Origin: Crocosphaera subtropica ATCC 51142
GTDB lineage: Bacteria > Cyanobacteriota > Cyanobacteriia > Cyanobacteriales > Microcystaceae
Assembly (NCBI RefSeq): GCF_000017845.1
Contig: NC_010546.1
Location: 3,600,001-3,632,000, forward strand
Direction of reading: 5' to 3'
DNA: 32,000 nt
In this document: positions 8,501 to 15,700 of the stretch, in pieces
How positions within the stretch are numbered: position 1 is the first letter of the stretch
Layout of the letters: every line of letters starts with the position of its first letter
Notes under the pieces: model-generated
What the model saw: only the letters and a program-made list of their open reading frames with translations
The model's database searches: none
What the model was told of the DNA's origin: nothing
Made by a program: the position numbers and the translations under genes

Positions 8501-10981
8501 AGTGGTGGTAGGGTTAACATTAATGAAAGGAACTTGAGGTTCCGTATCTCCTAAATTTGGGTCACTGGTCAAATTACCAGAAGGACGGCTATAGGGGGCA
8601 AATTGAAAGACCTGCATTCCCCCTGCATCACTATCGGCAGCAGTAATGACTAAGGTATTAGGGTCTTGGGTATTGACATAGTCCATCGCTACTCCGATGG
8701 CAGCATCAGCCCGGCGCATGGCTTCGATGGTTCCAGGGGCATTGTTGCTGTTACCAAAGTTATCCGTTCCCTCTTCTTCTAAGACTGCAAAAAACCCATC
8801 GGGGTCATTTTTGAGGATTTTTAAGGAAGCCTCCAACATTTCCGCCACAGTGGGGGCTGTTGCTACATACAGAGGACTGGGATTATCTGTATTCAGTCCT
8901 AAGACTTCTTCCCTTGTAGCATCAAAGGTAGCATCGGCCGCAAACACCCCTAAGATTTTTTCGGGTAGGGTGTCTCCATTGACCACCTCATCCATTTGTT
9001 CTTCGGTATATACCACCGTATAACCCAAAGATTCAGCTAACTCAATTAAATTGATGCTAGGACGGCGTTCGGGGCGAGTTTCAGAGGCATCAATTTCGGC
9101 GGTAACGTGGAAACCAGTGGTGCCGATGGGTAGCATATAGAGTTCCCCACCCCCCATGATCACGTTGGTTCCGGAGCGAATGACCTGTTCGATGATTTCT
9201 GCGTACTTATCTCTAGCCCGAATATTGTCCCCATCTCGGTTGGTGGTTTTGGCAGCAAAAGCAGCACTTCCGGGTTCGGCTAAATGACCAGATTGGATCA
9301 AGGCGGTTGCTTTTCCAGCGGCGATCGCTTCTTCTAAAATGGTCATGCCCCGTTTTCCGGAGGCTGGAGTCACTTGAGAATTATCTCCATTGAGGCCAAA
9401 GGACTCATTAAACACTTTTACCCCATTAGCATGGGTCACGGCACCAGCATTAGAAGTTCCAGTTAATTGGTCTTCCATGTGGCCCAGATAAACCCCGGCG
9501 TTGGTCATGTTATCCCAGTTGAGGCGACCATCGGGACCGTGATCAATATTCCGTAGGGCCATGTAATGGGAAGGACTGGTACCGTCAGGGTGAATAAAGA
9601 TGACGTTCCCTGTGTTTTTGGTAGGAGTGGGGGCTGGGGTAGGGGCGGAATTACGAGCTTCTAATTCTACCTCGAATAAGGTTTCGTACATCAACTCGTA
9701 AATTCCTGTGTTATCTACCGTTGCAGGAAGTTTATCGGCATTGACCCCGTGAGCTTTGGCCACGATGGAACCGCTAAAGTCAGGGGTTCCAGCCCAAGCG
9801 ATACCAAAGTTAAACACATCCCCATCCACATCAGGGGCAGCTACAAAGGGGTCTGTATCGGCTCCAGTCTGCCCATCGAGGGGAACGGGTCGAGATTCGG
9901 TGGTAGGGTTATTATTAATCGTACCGACAGTTTGATCAGGATTACGGGGATCTCGTACTTGTAACCCACCGGCATCACTATCGGCGGCGGTAATAATTAA
10001 GCTGTTTTCGTACTTTTCATAGAATTCTAAAGCAACTCCAATGGCTGCATCACCGCGACGGGTTCCTTCTAACGTACCGGCTGCATTGTTATTGTTGCCA
10101 AAGTTATCGCTTCCTTCTTCTTCAACTACCGTAAATGACCCATTCTGGAAGTTAGGATGACTTTCGGCTAACTTTTGGGTCACTTCTAGCATTTCTGCTA
10201 CTGTAGGAGCCGTTTCTACATAAAGGGGTAATCCTCTTTCGGCTAACACTTCCTCTGGGCGATCGTTAAAGGTGTGAATGGGGGCAAATACCCCTAATAC
10301 TTTAGTGGGAGGTGTGGGGTATGTAGCGGGATCGAGCAACTCATACAGTTGCTCTTCAGTGTAGACAACGGTATAGCCTAAGCTTTCCGCCAGTTCGATT
10401 AGATTCTCGGTAGGACGACGTAAAGGGTTGGTGCTTAACGCATCTAATTCGGCTGCTGTGCCATGAAAGCCATCGGTTCCAATAGGTAAGAGGTTGAGTT
10501 CACCACCTCCCATAATAAAGTCCACTCCAGACTCGATCACTTGTTTGGCAATATCAGCTAACCGTTGCCGAGGAGGAATGCGCTGGCCATCAACTTCTAT
10601 TTCTCCCACTTGGGCTACAAAAGCAGCCGTTCCAGGTTCGTAAATGGCCCCAGATTGAACTAAAGCGGTTACCTTATTGGCTTCAACCGCTTCCTGCATA
10701 ATGGTTTTGCCTACATTGCCCGATAGAGGAACAATGGGGGTGTTACCTTCTTCGAGTCCGAAGGATTCTGCGTACACTTTTGCCCCGGTTGCATGGGTGA
10801 CAGCCCCCCCATTAGAAGTACCACCCAGTTGATCTTCCATATGACCGAGATAGACACCGGCGTGAGAAAGTTTATCCCAGTTGAGGTGGCCATCGGGTCC
10901 GTGATCCACAAATCGAGCAAAGCCGTAGTGAGAGGGGCTTGTGCCATCAGGATGAATAAAGATGACATGATTATTGTTCAT
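5051..10981 (-). CDS. 1976-aa multi-domain secreted-type phosphoesterase: two tandem atypical AP-like domains, a phytase-like propeller interrupted by a GDPD domain, a Calx-beta-like domain and an RTX cassette
   Basis: It is a single uninterrupted ORF. The domain motifs are listed in the sub-features below. There is no signal peptide, because the sequence [15 protein letters not shown] runs straight into the first catalytic domain. Confidence 0.9.
   Translation of the reverse strand: [1976 protein letters not shown]
5590..5990 (-). other. Calx-beta-like Ca-binding beta-sandwich
   Basis: The segment is [27 protein letters not shown]...[32 protein letters not shown]. It shows the G(E)T..i.v..v.D...EgdEt pattern. 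Confidence 0.5.
6040..6615 (-). other. Phytase-like region, C-terminal part (continuation after the GDPD insert)
   Basis: The motifs are [28 protein letters not shown] and [13 protein letters not shown]. The last is the DNNF-type terminal motif that also appears in the gene 4 phytase-like domain as [10 protein letters not shown]. Confidence 0.45.
6620..7700 (-). other. Glycerophosphodiester phosphodiesterase (GDPD, GlpQ-like) domain
   Basis: [19 protein letters not shown]...[24 protein letters not shown] closely parallels the E. coli GlpQ segment [15 protein letters not shown]...DYLEQDLVMTKDD.LVVLHD. The C-terminal segment VHPYTFRDE...[11 protein letters not shown] is also typical of the family. 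Confidence 0.85.
7705..8245 (-). other. Phytase-like (esterase-like activity of phytase) region, N-terminal part
   Basis: The motifs are [22 protein letters not shown] and [19 protein letters not shown]. They resemble the GGISGL...LSDD / EG..... pattern of the phytase-like family. Confidence 0.5.
8255..9615 (-). other. AP-superfamily (PhoA-like, atypical) domain B, an internal tandem paralogue of domain A
   Basis: The same motif series is repeated after a PTPAPTP linker: [58 protein letters not shown] and [18 protein letters not shown]. Confidence 0.65.
9650..10981 (-). other. AP-superfamily (PhoA-like, atypical) domain A
   Basis: [14 protein letters not shown] aligns with the GDGMG region. 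[17 protein letters not shown] aligns with the E. coli PhoA segment [31 protein letters not shown] and [10 protein letters not shown] sit in the positions of the metal-ligand segments. Confidence 0.65.
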
Positions 10982-11134
10982 GATTGTCGTAGTTAATCAC
11001 TCAGTAGTGTCTAAGAAACGTGATCAGTATTGAGGGCAATTTGACAGAAACATTTAAAATGCTCCTGTTAGAATTAAAGTAAGTAACAAGTTAAGGGGGA
11101 AAAATGTTGTCACTACAAGACAAAATGATCCCCT

Positions 11135-11166
11135 GAACGCAGGGAAATTTTATTTTTCCTGCGTTT
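11135..11166. promoter_or_regulatory. Palindromic stem-loop or operator candidate in the divergent intergenic region
   Basis: The sequence is (G)AACGCAGGGAAA-ttttat-TTTTCCTGCGTT(T). It has an 8-bp perfect core (AACGCAGG/CCTGCGTT) plus 4 further pairs including one G.T. It lies about 155 nt upstream of the gene 3 ATG. Confidence 0.4.
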
Positions 11167-11274
11167 CCTGAAAAAGCGTGATTTGAATTTAGATTAATCA
11201 GCACACATATAAAAATATATTGGTTCGTTAATTTTTGTCAAATGATTTTAAGTATTTTTAATGATTATTGTTAG

Positions 11275-11304
11275 CTTAAATTATACTTATAAACCTCTTA
11301 ACCT
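11275..11304 (+). promoter_or_regulatory. Candidate SphR/PhoB Pho box: three direct 8-mers with exact 8+3 spacing
   Basis: The repeats are CTTAAATT (11275), CTTATAAA (11286) and CTTAACCT (11297). They match the cyanobacterial Pho-box consensus PyTTAAPyPy(T/A) at 7/8, 5/8 and 8/8 positions, with 11-bp phasing. The background is AT-rich, so chance matches are plausible. Confidence 0.35.
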
Positions 11305-11568
11305 TTTAATAATTTTACTTGATTTTATATATAATTCTAATACTTTACCAAACTTTAACCCCATTATTATTTTGATTTAATCAACAAGTGCGAGTCTGTT
11401 AGTTGTGATTTGCAAAAAACTAAGTTAGTTGATGCTATCAAGAATTTTTTCTATAATTTGATAGTTTTTCGTGATTACATTAAAGCTATGATCAATCAAT
11501 AGCTTGTTTAATTGTGAAGGATTTATTTTATTTGTTTTTAGTTTTTATAATCTTGAACAGTTAAAGAT

Positions 11569-12700
11569 ATGATTCGTTTTGCTAGTTTTAATGCTTCTTT
11601 AAACCGTAATTCAGAAGGTGAATTAATTGCGGATTTATTGACCCCTAATAATGAACAAGGTCAAACGGTTGCTGAGATTATTCAACGGGTCAACCCTGAT
11701 GTTATTTTAATTAACGAATTTGATTTTGATGGAGTCGGTGATGCTGCTCAACTATACAGTAATAACTATTTAAACGTTAGTCAAAATGGGGTTAATTCCA
11801 TTGACTATCCTTATTTTTATGTTGCCCCATCTAACACAGGAATTGCATCAGGATTTGACTTAGATAACAATGGAGAAGTTGTTACAAATCCTGGAGAATT
11901 TGGCTATGGAAATGATGCTTTCGGCTTTGGCAACTTTCCTGGTCAATTTGGTATGGCAGTGTATTCAAAATATCCCATTGACTTTAGTAATGTTCGGACA
12001 TTTCAGACTTTTTTATGGAAGGATATGCCGGATGCTTTATTACCGGTTGATTCGGTTAGGGGGGAATCTTATTATTCAGAGGAAGAGTTAAATAGTTTTC
12101 GTTTATCTTCTAAGAGTCATTGGGATTTACCAATATTAATTGATGGAGAAACTGTCCACTTTTTAGTCAGTCATCCCACTCCGCCGGTATTTGATGGAGA
12201 AGAGGATAGAAATGGGAGAAGAAACCACGATGAAATCCGTTTTTGGTCAGATTATATTACTCCTGGAAAGGGGGGTTATATTTATGATGATCAAGGAAAC
12301 TTTGGGGGGTTAAAAGTAGGGGAAAAGTTTGTCATTGCAGGGGATCAAAATGCTGATCCTTTCGATGGAGATAGTGTTAACAATGCCATTAATCAATTAT
12401 TAGATAATCCTTATATTAATACCTCTGTTACCCCAGAAAGTGAGGGGGGTGTAGATGCTTCTAATAGACAAGGGGGAGTTAATGATAATCATATCGGTGA
12501 TCCTAAGTTTGACACAGCAGACTTTAATGATAATAACCCTGGTAATTTACGGGTAGATTATGTGTTACCTTCTGAAAATTTAGAGATTAAAGAAACTGGG
12601 GTTTTTTGGCCAACTTCTGATGATCCATTATTTGATTTAGTGGGAAATTTTCCGTTTCCTAGTTCTGATCATCGTTTAGTTTATACAGATGTTAATGTGA
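11569..12700 (+). other. Endonuclease/exonuclease/phosphatase (EEP) domain
   Basis: The motifs are [46 protein letters not shown] and the terminal [11 protein letters not shown]. Together they form the EEP N / E / D / D-N / SDH series. Confidence 0.8.
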
Positions 12701-15700
12701 AAAAGTCAATGATTGATTCAATTCGTAAAACAGTTCAAAGTATTAACTTTATCGGTGAGGTTAATTTCCCAACGGGTTTAACCTTTGAAGGGACAGAGTT
12801 TGGCGGTATTTCTGGTTTAGTTTATGATCACTTTAATGGGGTTTACTATGGTTTATCTGATGATCGCAGTCAGTTGAATGATGCCCGTTTTTATAGCCTC
12901 AATATCGATTTAAGTGATGGCATTTTAGACGGACAAGATATTACGTTTAATGGGGTTACCACGTTATTAGATGAAGATGGCAACCCATTTATTAATAATC
13001 GTATTGATCCAGAAGGGATTGCGTTAACCTCACGAGGAACTCTATTTATTTCTTCAGAAGGCAATGCTAATACATTACTTGATCCATTTGTCAATGAGTT
13101 TTCTTTATCTGGACAACAGTTTAATACGTTACCAGTCCCTTCTAAATTTTTACCAATAGCCGATCAAAGTAGTGGGATTCGGAATAATCAAGCCTTTGAA
13201 AGTTTAACTATTACTCCCGATGAACGATATTTATATACTGCTGTAGAAAATGCGTTATGGCAAGATGGAATTAACTCAACCCTAGAGAATGAAAGTGCGG
13301 TTAGAATTTTACAATATGACCTAAAAACGGGAGAAGCAGCTAAAGAATTTTTATATTTTACCGCTCCTATTCCTAATGATTCTAATCCCTCTGGGGGATT
13401 TGCTGATAATGGGTTAGTAGAATTATTAGCGATTGATAATACAGGAACTTTCTTAGCATTAGAACGCTCATTTGCTGCTGGTGTAGGTAACAATATTCGC
13501 CTCTATCAAGTTAACCTACAGGGGGCGACAGATATCAGTCAGTTTGATAGTTTAGCCATTGATCCTGATAATCCTAATGATGGCCTTTTTGATGTGGATT
13601 CGGTGGCACAAAAACGCTTATTAATTGATTTTGATGAATTAGGTATAACTTTAGATAACAGCGAAGCTTTAGCCTTCGGTCCAACCTTACCAAATGGTAA
13701 TCAATCTTTAATTGTTGTCAGTGATAACAATTTTAATGACAGTCAGTTTACTCAATTTTTGGCCTTTGAACTCGATATTAATTCTATTCCCTTTGTCACC
13801 CCAACCTTAGAAACCCCTTCAGAAATTCGTTATGATGATCCCACTGATTCAGAAGTAGTAGAAGGTTCGGACTCTGATGATCCAGCAATTTATATTCATC
13901 CCGATGATGTTGAACAAAGTTTAGTCATTACAGCATTAAAAAATGGGGGATTAGCAGTTTATGATTTAGACGGAAACGAACTACAAAAAATTGCCCCTGA
14001 TAATATTCGTTATAACAATGTGGATCTGGTTTATGGGTTTAACTTAGATGGGGAAAGTATAGATATCGCAGTTGTCAGCGATCGCCGAAATGATACGTTA
14101 GTAATCTTTGAAATTGATCCCACCACACAACAGTTGACGGATATCACATCTCCTAACATTTTAGAAAGCATTTTTGGGGTAGATGATGGCGAAGCAACTG
14201 CTTATGGTTTAGCGACTTATACCAGTCCCGTTACTGGAGAAGTTTATACCTTTGTTTCCCAAGCAGATGGAGATCAAATTGCCCAATTAAAATTAATATC
14301 AGACGGACAAGGTAACATTACGGCTGAAATTGTTCGTACTTTATCTGTTCCCATTCCTGATGGGGGTGAGGTAGAAGATGCACAAGTTGAAGGAATGGTC
14401 GTTGATCGAGAATTAGGATACTTATATGTAGGACAAGAAGGGTTCGGAATTTGGAAATTTTATGCCGAACCTAATAGCAGTGAGATAGGAACAATAGTTG
14501 ATACAGTAAAAGATATTAATCCTGATAGTAACTTAACCGCAGATGTAGAAGGATTAACCATTTATTATGGAGAAGATGGTCAAGGTTATTTACTCGCATC
14601 CAGTCAGGGAGATAGTTCTTTTGCTGTTTACGATCGCCAAGGAAGTAACTCTTATTTAGGTAACTTTGTGGTAGGAGAAAATAATGGAATCGATGGTGTA
14701 GAAGAATCTGACGGGGCCGATATTATTAATGTTGCGTTAGGGGATAAGTTTCCCAAAGGACTATTAGTCGTTCATGATGGATCTAATGAAAATGCAACGG
14801 TATTTCAAGATCCAGAAGATAGAGAAATTCAGAATTTTAACACCAATTTTAAATACATTGATTTGGAAGATTTAAGCGCAACTTTACCCTTCTTTAAACT
14901 AAATACAAAAGGATATGATCCCCGAAACCCTGTCCCCAACTCCCTTATCAATGGTATTGCAAGCGGTGACACCACCCAAAACAGTACGGTGTTATGGGCC
15001 CGAAGTACCTTCACAGGAGACGTAACCATTGAATACTCCACCGATGCTAACTTTTCCTCTATCATTGCAACCGAAACCCTCACTGTTACCGATCCTACCC
15101 TTCCCGTTAAAGTAGAAATTGAGAACTTAACCCCCAATACCCAATACTACTATCGTGTGACAGATGCCGCCAAAGATACCGCTATCGGGGAGTTTAAAAC
15201 GTCTGCGGAACTGGGAACTAACGTAGGGTTAACCTTTGGAGTCAGTGGAGACTGGAGAGGAGAGTTGGCCCCCTATCCTGCGATCGCCAATGCAAGCGAT
15301 CGGGATCTGGACTTTTTCGTTGAACATGGGGATACCATCTATGCAGACATCGAGTCTGATGCAGTGAAAAACCCCGATGGAACCCGTAAACAACAAGCAG
15401 AAACCATAGAAGAGTATCGGGCCAAACATAGCGAGGTGTATGACTCCCGTTTCGGGTTCAACTTTTGGGAGGAGTTACGGGCCAATACTTCCATCCTTGC
15501 AACCATCGACGATCACGAAGTCATCAACGACTTTGCCGGAGGGGCTAATGCAGACACCGATGATCGCTTCAGCGAAACAGAAGGGTTGATCAACGACACG
15601 GAACTCTTTGAAAATGGAATGCAAACCTTCCAGGAATATAATCCCCTCAGAGACGAATTTTATGGGGATGTAGGGGACGAAAGATTTAACGGGGAACGGA

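Noticed and set aside
8255-10981. Possibility that the tandem AP-like domains are an assembly duplication artefact
   Set aside because: The two copies differ at many amino-acid and nucleotide positions and are joined by a distinct PTPAPTP linker in frame. That is a diverged internal duplication, not a collapsed or expanded repeat.
5667-10996. Numerous 60-110-aa antisense or off-frame ORFs inside the 1976-aa gene (for example 5667-5927, 6093-6392, 8697-9023, 10711-10968, 10793-10996)
   Set aside because: All are nested in a continuous 5.9-kb ORF with strong domain motifs. Their Ser/Val/Pro-rich compositions are typical of antisense translation.
11088-11095. Isolated perfect Pho-box 8-mer (CTTAACTT on the minus strand) upstream of the 1976-aa gene, considered as a stand-alone regulatory feature
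   Set aside because: The 8-mers at +/-11 nt do not fit the consensus (ACTTACTT and CATTTTTC). A single 8-mer in AT-rich DNA is expected by chance. I kept it only as a note within the divergent-region finding.
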